The notes below the pieces were generated by a model that was not told where the DNA came from, made no database searches, and worked only from the letters and a program-made list of their open reading frames with translations. Positions 48,335-64,000 of a DNA stretch of 64,000 nt are shown piece after piece. The stretch is from Cladosporium halotolerans (Eukaryota), in contig NW_027191454.1 in the NCBI RefSeq assembly GCF_011745625.1, positions 744,001 through 808,000 of the forward strand, given 5' to 3'. Positions within the stretch are counted from its first letter, which is position 1. Every line of letters begins with the position of its first letter. Position numbers and translations under genes: made by a program.

Positions 48335-50949
48335 ATGAGGATTCAGTTCATAACGATGATTTCAATCTTCCAGTGCACTCTCCTTCTGTGCTTGTCGACA
48401 TTAGTGCTCTCACAAACGGACTACTCCCAATATGTGAACCCACTCATTGGGTCCGAGGGACCTATTGAAGGTCTGGCTTTCGGCGGCGGCGACATTTTCG
48501 TGGGAGGCGCACTTCCCTTCGGTGTTGTCAAAGTCGGCATCGATACCTACGAGGATAATATAACGATGAGTGTGATCAATGGCGGATATACGCCGAATGG
48601 GCGCGTCACTGCTGTCAGCATGCTTCACGAGAGTAAATCAAAGTCCTCAACCTTGATCGATAGTGAATACTGACAGGCTCAGGCGGTACCGGAGGAGCTC
48701 CAAAATACGGTGTTATTCCTCAAATGGCACTGACAGACATTAGCCCACCGGTCAACTTGCTCGACAACACTACATACTTCCAGAGCCGTATTGGAGATGA
48801 CACGGCTGAGGTGGGGTACTTCAAGACCCAACTCGAGAATGGTGTCTCAATCGAGCTGTCCGGTGCCAGACACAGTGGCATCATGCAGTATACGTACCCG
48901 CCAGCTGGGGAGAAGCACGTCCTCGTTGACGTCTCACATTACCTCCCAAGCGAAGGAGGCGGTAACAGTGTGCAAGTTTTTCTGGGCGGCGAGATACGCC
49001 TGGAAGAAGATGGCAAGCAGTACAGCGGCCATGGAACGTGGGGCGGTGGTTGGAATGAAGGTGCACCTTTCACCGTCTTCTTCTGCGGAGAGTTCGAAAA
49101 CCCACCGGACCAGGCACGAACCTTTCGTGGGCGCAACACGGATCCCATGATAAGGTATCACACCTTCAGCAACGAGCCACTCCAGCAACCCGTATTCGGC
49201 AACAACAGCGAAAGCTCTGGTATGCTGAACGATCGAATCGGAGCGCTTTTCACTTGGAGCAACTCGTCTTCCGGCACCGTAAAGTCGCGCGTTGGAGTAT
49301 CATTCATCTCGGTCGAAAAGGCATGCCACTTCAAGAACGAGGAGATCCAGTCGTGGTCCCTGGATGATACGATTGCCGCTGCGAGAAAAGAATGGAACCG
49401 CGACGTCTTCTCCAAGATCAAAGTCTCCACCAAGCCACCGCAAAACCGGACGAATCTGGTGCTCTTGTATTCCAGCCTCTATTTCATGCACCTCATGCCG
49501 TCCGACCGGACTGGTGAGAACCCGCTTTGGGACTCGGGAGAGCCGTCGTGGGATGATTTCTACACCGCTTGGGACATTTTCCGCTGCACGACCACGTTGT
49601 ACCACATGATCCAACCGGCTTACTACGAGGAGATGATACGTTCTCTCATCGATATCTGGCGATTCGAAGGGTACATGCCTGATGGTAGAAGCGGCAACTA
49701 CAACGGGCTCGTGCAAGGTGGAAGTGACGCCGACAACATCCTCGCAGATGCTTACGTGAGGGGTCTGAGAGGCAAAATCAATTGGACCGAGGGCTACCAA
49801 GCTATGGTCAAAGACGCTGAAGTCCAACCATACAATACCTTCAGCTTGACAGATCCCTCTGGTAGCGTCAAGGAAGGCAGAGGAGCATTGAATGACTGGA
49901 TCCCACTGGGCTACATATCTTCCGATCGAAGCACCCGAGCCGTCTCTCGCTCTGTAGAATACGCCTTGAATGACTTCGCTCTCGCTCAAGTTGCAAAAGA
50001 CCTGGCTCCAGAAGATGTGCAAAAGTATCTCAATCGCTCGGCACAGTGGCAGAATATCTGGGCTCATAATTTCACAACCCTCAACTTCACTGGCTTCCTC
50101 GCTCCACGCCTGGCAGACGGCACCTTCAATCTGACCGATTACAATCCGGCCCTGTGCGGCGAATGCGAGTGGTCGTCGATCTCGTACGAAGGAACGCCTT
50201 TCGGTCTGTTGTCACCCACGGCTCTCTCTAACATCAGTATCGTCATCTAATAACTTCGCAGAATACTCCTTCAACGTCCCACACGACATGGAAACCCTGA
50301 TCGACTTCATGGGCGGGCCGACAGATTTCGAATCCCGCCTCGACTACATCTTCAAACCCGGCACCTCGCAGCAAGACCTGCGCGAGAACGGCGCCGGCAT
50401 CACGACGATCATGAACATCGGCAACGAGCCTGACTTCGCCACACCCTACGAGTACCACTATCTGAACAAGCAGGCCAAGTCTGTCCGTCAGACTCGACAG
50501 TTGGCAAATCAGTAGTAAGTTGATGTTTTGGCATCGGACTTCGAGTCTTGCACCTGCTGACTACATTTAGCTTCCATGACGCCCCATATGGCGTGCCAGG
50601 AAACTCTGACGCCGGCGCGTTGAACTCCTGGCTTATTTTCCAGATGATCGGCTTCTACCCTGTCGTGACTCAGAATGTGTTCCTCATCGGCTCACCGTGG
50701 TTCGACGACATTAACATCACCGTGAACGGCAATGCAACTCTGCGCGTCACGGCCAATGGGCTTGACAATGAAGCGGAAAGCTACTATGTGCAGAGTGTGA
50801 AGATAAATGGGGAAGCTTGCGATAAGAACTGGTTCGAACATGATCAGTTGATGAACACGGGAGGAACGCTGGAGTTTGAATTGGGGACCGAGGCGAAGCT
50901 TTGGGAGACGCGTGAGGTGCCGCCTAGTCCTGGACATTTGGTGTTGTGA
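48335..50949 (+). CDS. Secreted GH92 alpha-1,2-mannosidase-like glycoside hydrolase (introns 48633-48682, 50204-50261, 50515-50570)
   Basis: Signal peptide; YVNPLIGS, HESGTGGAPKYG, WDIFR, QGGSDADNILADAYV, EYALNDF, IGNEPDF, PGNSDAGA; the start may be 48356. Confidence 0.92.
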
Positions 50950-51096
50950 TATGGATCTTGATAAGACATGACCTGTTTTGGGGTATCGGTCTTTAATAAT
51001 TTAATAATACATCTTCTCGGCCTTCTCTGTTGTGCGTGGCACGAAAGGTTTTAAGGCTAATGCGACGTAGTTATCCGACCTTACAAGGTTTGGATC

Positions 51097-52761
51097 TTAA
51101 GTGGCCTTGCCGTTCTTCATCCTTTCCCTCAGCCTGTTCTCCTCTTCCACCACCCGCTTAGGCAAAGCGGCACCAATGCCCATAAGGACGAACGGGGCCC
51201 ACTTCCAGCGGAACGGGTTGATGACAATGACGAAAACGAACCAGTACATAAGTTCCGCGTACGTGAAGAACTCGAACGCACCCGTCGGCGCTCTCTGCTT
51301 CACGAACCGAGTAAAATCAATCCACAGCTTCATCAAACGCTCGTTGGGCCGGCTCAGTGGATCCACGAGGAACATGAGCAGGAAGCGCGTGTAGATGCCG
51401 ATGTGGTAGTTGCCGACGGTTCCGATGGCGTTGACGTACGTGCAGTTGTTCGCACAGATGTCCATGTGGCCAGGCGGGAAGACCTGCAGGTACCACGACG
51501 GCGGCTGGTAGTTCTTCTCGAAGCAGTCGTCCGGCAGGAAGCCCAGGCTCGGCCGCTCGTAGCCCGTCGCCATGATGCACAGGTCGCCCTCGATGTGCTC
51601 TTGCTTGCCCGGGCCGCCTTTCGGGACGCCCTGCGAGCGGTGCTTGAACATGATGCCGGTCTCGGTGAAATGCAGGATGTCGCCGCGGAGCCAGTCGGCG
51701 CGGCCGGAGCGGACGGTGTCGAGGACGCCGGAATTTACCATGGGGGTTTCGGTGAAGATGCCTTTGCCGCTACCAGGAGGAGGGGCGAGGTCCGCGAGAT
51801 CGCGGTAGAAGAAGATGCGGAGAAGAGACTCGGGGATCCAACTGAATATTGTTTCGGAGCCGAGGATGTTGAGAGAAAGAATGATGTCGATGACCGGATT
51901 GCGTGGGATGATCCATCTGCGAGTTTACGATTAGCTGCTAGTCGGGGAAGGGGTTGAGGTGCTGACATACTTTTCACTGCGTGCAAGAACGTAGGACTTC
52001 TTGGCTTGCTCGTGCTCAACAAACTCGAGCGCTTCAATGGCTGAAGCGCCACCGCCAATGATCAAAACCTTCTTGTCCTTCGCAGTCTTGCCGTCAAGCT
52101 GAGAGGAGTGGTAAATCGGGCCCTTAAACTTCTCTTGACCGGGGACGTGTGGCGTCTTGGGATCGCCACAGGTTCCAACAGCGGCGATAACGCCATCGTA
52201 GCGACCTTGAGACGGATCATTGATGATCCAGCGCCCTTGTTCGTCTTTGTAGATTTTCTCAACTCGCGTATCGAACTTCGTCTTGTCTTGCAGGCCGTAG
52301 CGCTCCCAGAGTCGCTCGATTTCGCTGACGATTTGCTTGCGATCAGGGTAGCCTTGGTTCCACTTGACGCTGGGGTGGAAACGGTACATCAGACTATGAA
52401 TCTGAAGACCGCTGGTGTTGTTGACCTTTGCCCAAATGCCGCCAACTAGTAACAATGTGTAAGCAAGAGCTCATTGGTGTGATCGACGCAATGCTCGGAA
52501 CATACGAATATCACGGCTTCCAGCCTCGAAGATCTGGACATCGAATCCATGACCCACGCAGTGCGAAGCAGAGGAGACGCCAGTTAATCCAGCGCCAATG
52601 ATGGCGATTTTGGGTCGAGAGAGGTCTGCATTGGGAGGCGGAGCGTTCGGCGAGAGGAAAATATCCAGAAGGTTTTGCATCAGAAGGTATATGAATTGAA
52701 ACGGACTGTTGAAGAGCTGCTGCAGATAGGACTGCAGCGTGCTCTGCGTAGAGGCTCCCAT
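51097..52761 (-). CDS. Flavin-containing monooxygenase-like (FMO/BVMO superfamily) protein (introns 52505-52446, 51970-51917)
   Basis: IIGAGLTG FAD motif, LGGIW, FKGPIYHSSQL FMO fingerprint, IGGGASA NADPH motif, MATGY. Confidence 0.88.
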
Positions 52762-53153
52762 CTTGACCAGGATTGATCAATTGAGAGGACTTTGTTGTAT
52801 GCGAAGAAGGTGAGAATTGAAGAAACGATAGCTCTAAGGAGACATTGAAAATCCACCGGCTCAACACACGTCAGGATGGCCGCGGATGTGGAACTCGTAA
52901 ATTCGTCAGAGCTGCTCGCACGTGCAAGGATGGTGACGGGTGGACGGAGGGAAACGTCATGATCGCCAGCATGTGAAAGCGCACAGTTCACCTCTGCCTC
53001 CACTCTGTGCAACGCTGCCAACCTCCTTGTGCGCCGCGGCATCGCATACTTCTTCGAGCAGTTTATAGACTGTTTCTTTGTGCTCGCTCCTCTGATCTAC
53101 ATTGTTCCTGTCTATTTGTTATATCGTCATATCTCATTCAGCCATCAACAGCC

Positions 53154-53976
53154 ATGGAGAACCCCGTACAAGAAGTCGCCGGCGTCGTGCACAAGCTCAC
53201 CCAGGGCTCTCCGTCCGAGCAAGAAGAGACGATCAACACCTACTTCACGCCCAATGCCTCTTTTACCCACCCATTCTGCCGCACCGGTAGCTTCGAAGGA
53301 AGCAGGACCCTGATCCACGCCATCTACCGGTGGTACAAGATCTTGAGCCCGGAGATCAAGCTTAATGTGAACAGCGTCGGTATGCCATTGGATAGCTTGC
53401 TCTCCTGACATTTTACGACGAGAGCTAACATATCCCGCAGCTTACGATGAACCTCGCATGCTTATCTACCTCAACATCACCCAGCTCTTCTCCATCTGGT
53501 TGATTCCCTTCCACCACGCCAATGTCACCTTGACCACCGAGCTTCAGCTTGTCCGCCCGCCCAGCAGCCGCAAATACTACATCCAGTCGCAAAACGACCT
53601 CTACCAAAATGACCAACTCATCCGCTTCCTCATGCCATGGGGCGTCGGTAACCTTCTTGTGCACATTTGGCAGTACTCGTCGACGCTCATGTGCGTGTGG
53701 GGAGCCTTCCTGCTCGCGCCGATGACCCGCCTTCAGCAGAATCTGTCCGAGAAGAGGGCCGAGAACGGATCTTTCAGTGCTGAGGATGAGATAAGGGACC
53801 TGGTGTCTTCGGCGATGGAGGGCGTGGGATACAAGCAGCCTTCCAGTGGTAGCAGCAAGAGACGGTCGAACAGCGCGGGTGTCAATGGGAATGGCAGCGG
53901 CAGCGCGGATGCGGGCGCGAGTGCAAGCGGCAACGGCGGTGTACAGCAATTTGGCAACATGCAGGTTGTTTCTTGA
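53154..53976 (+). CDS. Conserved fungal NTF2/SnoaL-like fold protein (intron 53380-53440)
   Basis: MENPVQEV..YFTPNASFTHPFC..YRWYKILSP..YYIQSQNDLYQ pattern; the fold call is from recognition only. Confidence 0.65.
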
Positions 53977-54625
53977 GAGTCGTCTTCGGCGTAAGGCGCC
54001 TTCTTGCATCTCCGAGGCGCTCTTCCTTTACCCACGGCCATTCGGGACACTCCCCCCAGCCAAAAAGTCAAAAGTCAGGATATCGGCTTTGCGTAATCAC
54101 TAATCCCACCGGTAATAGGATCAAAATAAGATGTGTGTTTGCAATATCTACCAATTGTACAATGAAATCTAAGGCATTGTATCACTGGACTCGGAGAGCC
54201 CGCCATGGACTGTTGTTTCAAGCTTGCCGAGACGATCCTGCCGTTGCTCTTCAGAGTGCGGCTTCCTGCAGGTACATATATTCAATACGCCACCTTCCCA
54301 CGGGCAAAGCTTACCGGGATCCTAAGGAAAGCGTTATGTAGTCCACCCAGCGACCGTAGGGGGCCCTCCACGCTCCTCCAGCGCAGTGCCAGGTCTGTTG
54401 TGCTGCGTCCTCTTCATCATCAACATCATCAACATCATCAGTCACCTTCATTCTCCCCTCCCGTCTCCCTTGTCTTCATTGCCTTCCATTTCATCTCAGT
54501 AGAAAGAAAACCAGCACCAGTCTTCGTTTGCACCTTGCACCTCCTCACATTACTCAACCCGAACCTTCCAATCGGCATCCCGAACCCGACAATCACGCCA
54601 CCCGAGCCTCAGTTACCCTCCCACG

Positions 54626-56558
54626 ATGTCGGACAGCGCTCCTCCCGCCGCCAACCCACCGCCGGCCGAGGCCAAGGAGAAAGAGCCTCCCGCTGCCCCG
54701 GAAGACAAGGAACCGGAAGAGGCTGAAGACGCCGAAGCCGAAGCGGAGCCTGAGGCGCCTGAAGACAAGGAGAAAGAGGCCAAGGAGAAGGAGGGCAAAG
54801 ACCACGAGACCGGTGCCAAAGAGGGCGATGCCGGCGCCAAAGCTCCAGGTGGTGGACATGCTGATGCTCATGGTCCGGGTGGTGGAGGTGATGCATCTGC
54901 CAAAGGACCATCCGGTGGAGGACACGATTCTGCCAAAGGCTCTGCCGGAGACTCTCATGCCGGCGGTGCAGCAGCCGGAGCCCACGGCAAACCGAAAGGC
55001 TCGGCAGACAAGCACAAACATCCAGCAGCAGCAGGTGAGCCCGATAGCCATCGTCCCACTCGAGGAAAGAACCGAGCCACTGACCGCCAGCAACAGGCGG
55101 AGCAGCCGGCAAGCACCCTCACGACAAGAAGAAACACCCCAAACCCGCTCCTGCTGCAGGCGACCATGCCGCTGCCGGTCAGTCCACTCCCACCCTGTCC
55201 TGCCCTCTACCCTCACTTCACGCCACCCTCCCAAACGAACCAAGCCCCCAGCCCAGCATACCCCACATCATACCACAACAGCACATCTATCTCATCCCAC
55301 CGGCGACGGCACCCGTCCCGCGCAGTCTTTCTCTGACATTCATCGCACCCGACAGCTCCGCCAGCAGCCTCAGCCTCGGCCAAACCGCCCGCCGCCGCCA
55401 TGTCTTCCGCCCCTGCTCCCGCTGCCACGCCTCCGGTACGTCAAAGGACATTCACCGATCATTCTGGGCAGGCGATAACTGTTGTGCAGCCTGCTTCTGC
55501 GCCGCCGTCGCCGCCTCCTGAGAAGGTTGAGGAGAAGAAGGTGGAGGAAAAGAAGGTTGAAGAGAAGAAGCCGGAGGAGGAGAAAGCGGATGAGCCCAAG
55601 CCAGAGGAGAAGAAGGTTGAAGAGAAGAAGGTTGTAACGGAGGAGAAGAAGCCTGAAGAGAAGAAGGCTGAGGACAATAAGACGGAGGAGAAAAGGGTTG
55701 TTGTCGAAGAGAAGAAGCCAGAGGAGAAGAAGATTGAAGAGAAAAAAGTGGAAGACAAGAAGCCAGAGGATAAAAAAGTTGAAGAAAAGAAAGTGGAGGA
55801 AAAGAAGGTCGAGGAGAAGAAGGCAGACCCAACCCCTTCAGCCGCCGCAACGCCCGCCGTCGCCGTCACCGAGGTCGTCAAGAAGCCCAATGAGGTACCC
55901 AAAGCGCAAACGACTGTCATTGAGGAGAAGAAGTCACCCGCCGAAACGCAGTCGACAACGACTACCACCATCGTCGACACTTTTGCCATCGCCAAGCCCG
56001 TTGGCATCTTCACACAGTACAAGACCATGACCTCCACCAACTTGACGCTCACCAAAGACCTCGTCACCGATTCCACCGGCAAGACCGTCTTCAAGGTAAG
56101 CACTCAGACGACTTTAACCCTGTAACGCATGTTGACGCCCATCATAGATCTCCGGCAATGACTTCGTCGACGGCTCCACCCACGACACCATCTTCACGCT
56201 CCGCCGCAAGTGCGGCTTCGCCTCGTAGTACGGCGCGCCGCCGCTCAAGAAGGCCATCGCTACAGCCGTGGACAGCAAGCACACCCACGAAGACACTTTC
56301 AAGATCAAACGCCTCAAAGACGACGCTTTCGAGTGCTCGTTCGTCAACGCATTCGCCGCCGCGCAGACCAAGTTCTTGTGGCGCAAAGACGGGAACGTGT
56401 ACCTCGACACCCTCGGGACGGGCGCCATGGTTGCTCAGGCGCAGAAGGGCGGCACCCTGCATGTTACTGGCGGCGTGGATATGCTGACTGTTGTTGCTTT
56501 GGCGGTTGTGGCCAGGACTTGGACTGGGAAGGGCCGTTGTTCTTGCGGTGTCATCTGA
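54626..56558 (+). CDS. Low-complexity Glu/Lys-repeat protein with a C-terminal LURP-one/tubby-C-like domain, interrupted by an in-frame TAG at 56226-56228 (introns 55035-55090, 55178-55355, 56096-56147)
   Basis: Three GT-AG introns join the ORFs in one frame; VTDSTGKTVFKISG..IFTLRRK..LHVTGGVDMLTVVALAV resembles the LOR/tubby-C fold; coding-like codon bias continues past the TAG. Confidence 0.6.
55519..55825 (+). repeat. Coding minisatellite of about 15-nt units encoding (V/P/I/A)EEKK
   Basis: Repeated GAGGAGAAGAAG / GAAGAGAAGAAG units, translated as KVEEKKVEEKKPEEEK... Confidence 0.9.
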
Positions 56559-56811
56559 TCTCTTCAGTTTGCGCTCCCCTCTCGGCTCGGGGTGGGTTGG
56601 AGGGCTGAGTATCCTATGATGCTTCTTCTGCGTTCGGTAGCTGGTGTTTGTGTTCAAGGCTGCAATGACGGGACACCTACACCTTGGATTAGGCGATAGA
56701 GACCTCTGATTCCTAATGGCAAGACTTTTCCCGCGAGTTGGAACGTCGATCCGATCAATTCATCAGTCTATCTCTATATAGTGCACTTCTCGATTTTGGT
56801 CGCAACTCCAA

Positions 56812-60123
<3,312 letters not shown>

Positions 60124-60560
60124 TCAGGGTATCACACGCCCTGTGGAGCCTTCTCCATGCGGTGCCATGGGGCACCCGCATGCGGATCGACCCCTCCAAA
60201 TTGCCCAGGCGCTTGTCGATGCATACTTCGGCGTCAAGACCAGGAGAGGAGACGTTTGAGCCTCGGCTTTCGCATCCGGGAGAACTTTCGGCCGCAACCA
60301 AGTCCGTGATCTGCTGTCTGGCCACGGGCTTGGACGTTTCGCTTGAACATCGTGCATTCAGATGAGGGGTATCGACTCCTGTAGCGACAAGACCGGCGAT
60401 AGGCGTGGGGGCTGCCCAGCTCGGCTACAGTGGTTGATGCCATACCAGGACGCTCACGCAACATGGCACGCAAGGACTGGCTTTTCCAGGACCAAGGCAT
60501 GCTTTTTCTGAAGACCATCACGCCACGCTCCCGAATAAATTCCGGCGACTCATGTAAAAC

Positions 60561-60579
60561 TCGGCTTTAGACAAGCCGA
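60561..60579. promoter_or_regulatory. Palindromic CGG-N11-CCG Zn2Cys6 transcription factor site in the beta-galactosidase/permease divergent promoter
   Basis: TCGGCTT-TAGAC-AAGCCGA; several SYGGRG (CreA-type) motifs lie in the same intergenic region. Confidence 0.5.
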
Positions 60580-61605
60580 TGGCGGCGTGGTGCTGGAGAG
60601 TAAGGTTCTGAGGCGTGGTCTGTGCCCCTCAAACCCGAAGAGAAACCTCACGTGGCGCCATTGGTATGCACGCCCGGACGACCTGACTCGCAGAACGGCT
60701 AGACTCTGCTTCTATCACCTAGGTATCTGGCTCATTTGGAAGCACGATTGCAGATGCCTTGCGACTCGAGCGTTGCATGTGGCTTCGACTCCTTGTGTGG
60801 GAAAAGCTGCAATGGCACCGGAAACCGCAAACGGCTTGCTTCCACGGCGCCAATGTTGGGCGAAGCCGCCGATCAAAGTGGCGATGCAATCAAAATCCAG
60901 TGTTCCAACCTAAGCGTAGTTCACTTCGGCTTTTGCCAGCCAAGGCGTGGCCCCGTTCGAATCTTCAGAAAGCAACACACGAACCTCTACCAACCTGTGC
61001 CACCCGTGTGGAGGGACATGAGGCACATACCGACTAAGTCGCTGCACGGAGCTATCTCGCAGTTTGAGACGGCCATCGGGCCAGCCACAGCGCAAGATAC
61101 TTGTAGAGGTACCTCGGGTTTTTGGAGTCTTAACCTTCGGTGTCATTACCCGGCTTGGAAGCATGCCGTAAAGGCTTGTCGTGTGGCTGCGCTTAGCACC
61201 TTCACGCTCGCTACCACACGAGAGATTTAGTTCAATGCGGGGTGTGGAGGACCCGGGGTCAGATGTCAAAAGACAATCCTCTGATTCTATATCAGACCTG
61301 GTCTCCGTAGGTCTCAGGAGTCCCGAATAGGCTCCTGTGTTCGACATCCTCGTTCTCCACATACACAATCCACACCAACCCTAGGCTAGAGTCGACAAGA
61401 CGTGCAGTGGAGGCATAGCGTATGACAGGTGAAGTGGCATAGGGTACGTTTGCACTGCGCGAAGGAGCCTCCATGTGGGTCTTAATGAGCCCCATCGGTG
61501 CCAGCTCCTTGGTCAGATCATACAACGCCTGAGACGTTCCATTGACAGTAACACAGAAGACTACTGGCGCCTTTCACCTTACCTACCTGATACTATATTG
61601 CCACG

Positions 61606-63737
61606 ATGGAGGCAAACAAGAATGGCACGCTGCCAGCATACGTCGACGATGTCAAAGACAAGGATATTCATGATGAGAAGCCTCTCGGAAAGGTCGTACA
61701 GGAAGAGACCGTCCACTCTGCCGCACTCGCGGAAGCAGTGCTTCAGCGAAAGCCGTCGCCATGGTCGAAGAGCATGCTGAAGTTGTACTTCATCATGGGT
61801 AAGCCGAGAAAGGAAACACGAAAGCATTAGGAGGTCTCTTTCTGACACTACACAGGTATTGGCTACCTTGTATCGACGCTGAACGGATATGATAGCTCCC
61901 TCATGGGTGCTATCAACGCTATGACAAGCTACCAAAAGACGTTCGGCCTTACCGGCGAGGGCTCTAGTACCGGCATCATTTTCATCATCTACAACTGTAA
62001 GACGCCATCATCAATTACAATTTCTCCTGTGAACACTACTGACATTTCAATCCTACAGGTGGTCAGATTGCAGGTCGGTGCCCTTTATATTCTTGACTGT
62101 TCTCACAGTGAGGCAATACTGATTTGAAACCGTACAGCCTTCCCCTTCTGTGGTTTCCTCGCAGATGGCTATGGCCGCAGGATTTGCATCTTCGTTGGCT
62201 GTTTCCTCGTACTTGTCGGCACAGCGGTACAGACAACAGCACATGAGACTGGACAGTTTATTGGAGGCAGATTCATCCTTGGCTTCGGCGGTAAGCATGT
62301 TGAGAGGTCGAATTCATGAAACAAGTGGCTGATCCCTTTCACAGCTAGCATCGCGAGTGCTGCCGGGCCCGCTTATACTGTCGAACTTGCCCACCCGTGC
62401 TACCGTGGCACGATGGCTGGAATGTACAACAACTGTATGTGGATTTGTGGTAACTGTTCGCATTTAGGCCGAGCTAATTGTTGTATAGTCTGGTGGCTCG
62501 GAAACATCATCGCTGGTTGGACTACCTACGGCACGGACAAGAACTTCCCCGACTCATCTTGGGCATGGCGCACCCCGACTGTCGTCCAATGCGTTCTACC
62601 ATCGGTCGTGATGATGCTTGTCCTGTTCTTCCCAGGTAGGTCTCACTCCGAGATTGCATGTGCAATGTTGGGCTCCAACTAACGATTGCAGAATCCCCTC
62701 GCTGGCTCGTCATGAAGGACAGGCGTGAGGAAGCCGTTGCTGTGCTTGCCAAATACCACGGAGACGGAGACGCCGAGGCTCCTATCGTTGAGCTCCAGAT
62801 CCGCGAAATCGTGGAGGACATGGCCGTGACCCGCAACGACAACCCGTGGTGGGATTTCAAGGAACTCGTCCACACCGCCGCCGCACGTTACCGCTTGTAC
62901 ATGGTTATCCTCATGTCCTTCTTCGGCCAATGGTCCGGCAACAACGTCATCTCGTACTTCATGCCCGTCATGATCAAGCAAGCAGGCATCACCAACAGCA
63001 GCACCCAGCTGCTCATCAACGCCATCAACCCCATCTTCAGCTTGATCGCCGCCGTTTACGGCGCCACCCTCCTCGACAAGCTGGGGAGACGCAAGATGCT
63101 GATGGCCGGTCTTGTGGGCGCTCTGGGATCATACGTCCTGCTGACCGCTTTCACCGCATCGTCGACTGCGCACCCCAACCTGGCCTATGGCACGATCGTT
63201 TCCATCTATCTTTTCGGCATCTTCTTCGCGTGAGTATCCCTCCGATTTTCAGTATGCCAATGTACATGCTTGACTGACACTTCACAGCTGGGGCTGGACC
63301 CCTCTGCAAACCCTCTATGCAGTCGAGTGCCTCGAGAACCGCACGCGCGCCAAGGGTAGCGGTCTCAACTTCCTCTTCCTGAACATCGCCATGATCGTCA
63401 ACACCTACGGTATCAGCGTCGGAATGGAGAAGATCGGCTGGAAGTGAGTTAGCCTGGAAATGAGATTTGTTTGCGACGGAAGCTAACGGCAAGCAGATTG
63501 TACCTTGTCTACATTGTCTGGATCTGCGTTGAGATCGTAACTGTAAGTGGTTTGATATTCGCTTGGGCTTGATTTTCGAAGCTAATAGCTTTCCAGATCT
63601 ACTTCCTCTTCGTTGAGACCAAGGGCAAGACGCTCGAGGAGCTGAGCGAGGTCTTCGAGGCTCCTAACCCTCGCAAGGCGTCGACTAGGAAGGTCAAGGT
63701 TGCTGTCACCGAGTCTGGCCACGTGCTGCAGGCTTAG
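61606..63737 (+). CDS. MFS sugar porter, lactose permease / cellodextrin transporter type (LacpA/Lac12-like); 9 introns (61799-61855, 61997-62058, 62074-62137, 62291-62344, 62435-62488, 62636-62691, 63230-63287, 63444-63496, 63543-63596)
   Basis: [62 protein letters not shown]; every intron is frame-consistent. Confidence 0.93.
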
Positions 63738-64000
63738 GACACATCAGGAGAGGAGGAGTAGATTGCTGTCAAGAGTTACATGGAAATGACGAGAGACGAA
63801 TGAGGCATGATGTACCGAGAGATCCAAGCAACGATTTGTTAATATTCTTCGGCATGTCAGTTATTATGCACTCTGACGAAATGTACGTCTCAATGCTCCA
63901 AAGATGACGATAACCCTCCACTGCTATGTTTCAAGACACTGATAGAAGCGTGAAGACGGGTTTTGCTCGTCTTGATACCTAGTCAGCGTGCTGCCATTTC

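Noticed and set aside
55178..55355. 178-nt intron as a possible introner-like element
   Set aside because: No similar intron elsewhere in the window and no obvious terminal stem; cannot be supported without a genome-wide comparison
55519..55825. Regularly spaced repeats suggesting a CRISPR-like or non-coding array
   Set aside because: In-frame coding minisatellite (EEKK) with no unique spacers, in a eukaryotic context

Overview
Gene-dense, intron-containing eukaryotic DNA from a filamentous ascomycete. The introns are mostly about 50-60 nt GT-AG with CTRAY branch sites; a Dothideomycete such as a Mycosphaerellales species is my inference only. I can support about 27 protein-coding genes. No rRNA, tRNA, CRISPR array or transposase was seen. 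Layout: (i) a variable-looking block at 2.5-11 kb with two HeLo-like/fungal STAND-N-domain genes flanking an MFS drug-type transporter, next to an Lsb1/Pin3-type SH3 gene; (ii) RtcA-type RNA cyclase, PPIL1 cyclophilin and a Zn-dependent formaldehyde dehydrogenase; (iii) a core housekeeping block (complex I 14-kDa subunit, cul4, pub1, a candidate Med2/Med29, mgm1, pot1, edc3, importin-alpha, elg1, utp8) interrupted by a bacterial-like ankyrin gene and a methyltransferase; (iv) after an inverted pair of degenerate telomere-like repeats, a catabolic block (GH92, an FMO-like/NTF2-like divergent pair, an EEKK-repeat LURP-one-like gene, and a divergent GH2 beta-galactosidase / lactose-permease pair). 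The strongest non-obvious signals are a putative 45-nt poison cassette exon in pub1 intron 1, an in-frame TAG that separates the EEKK-repeat protein from a C-terminal CaaX box, the inverted telomere-like element, and a palindromic CGG-N11-CCG site in the lac-type divergent promoter. Exon boundaries were derived by eye and family calls come from motif recognition, not database searches.
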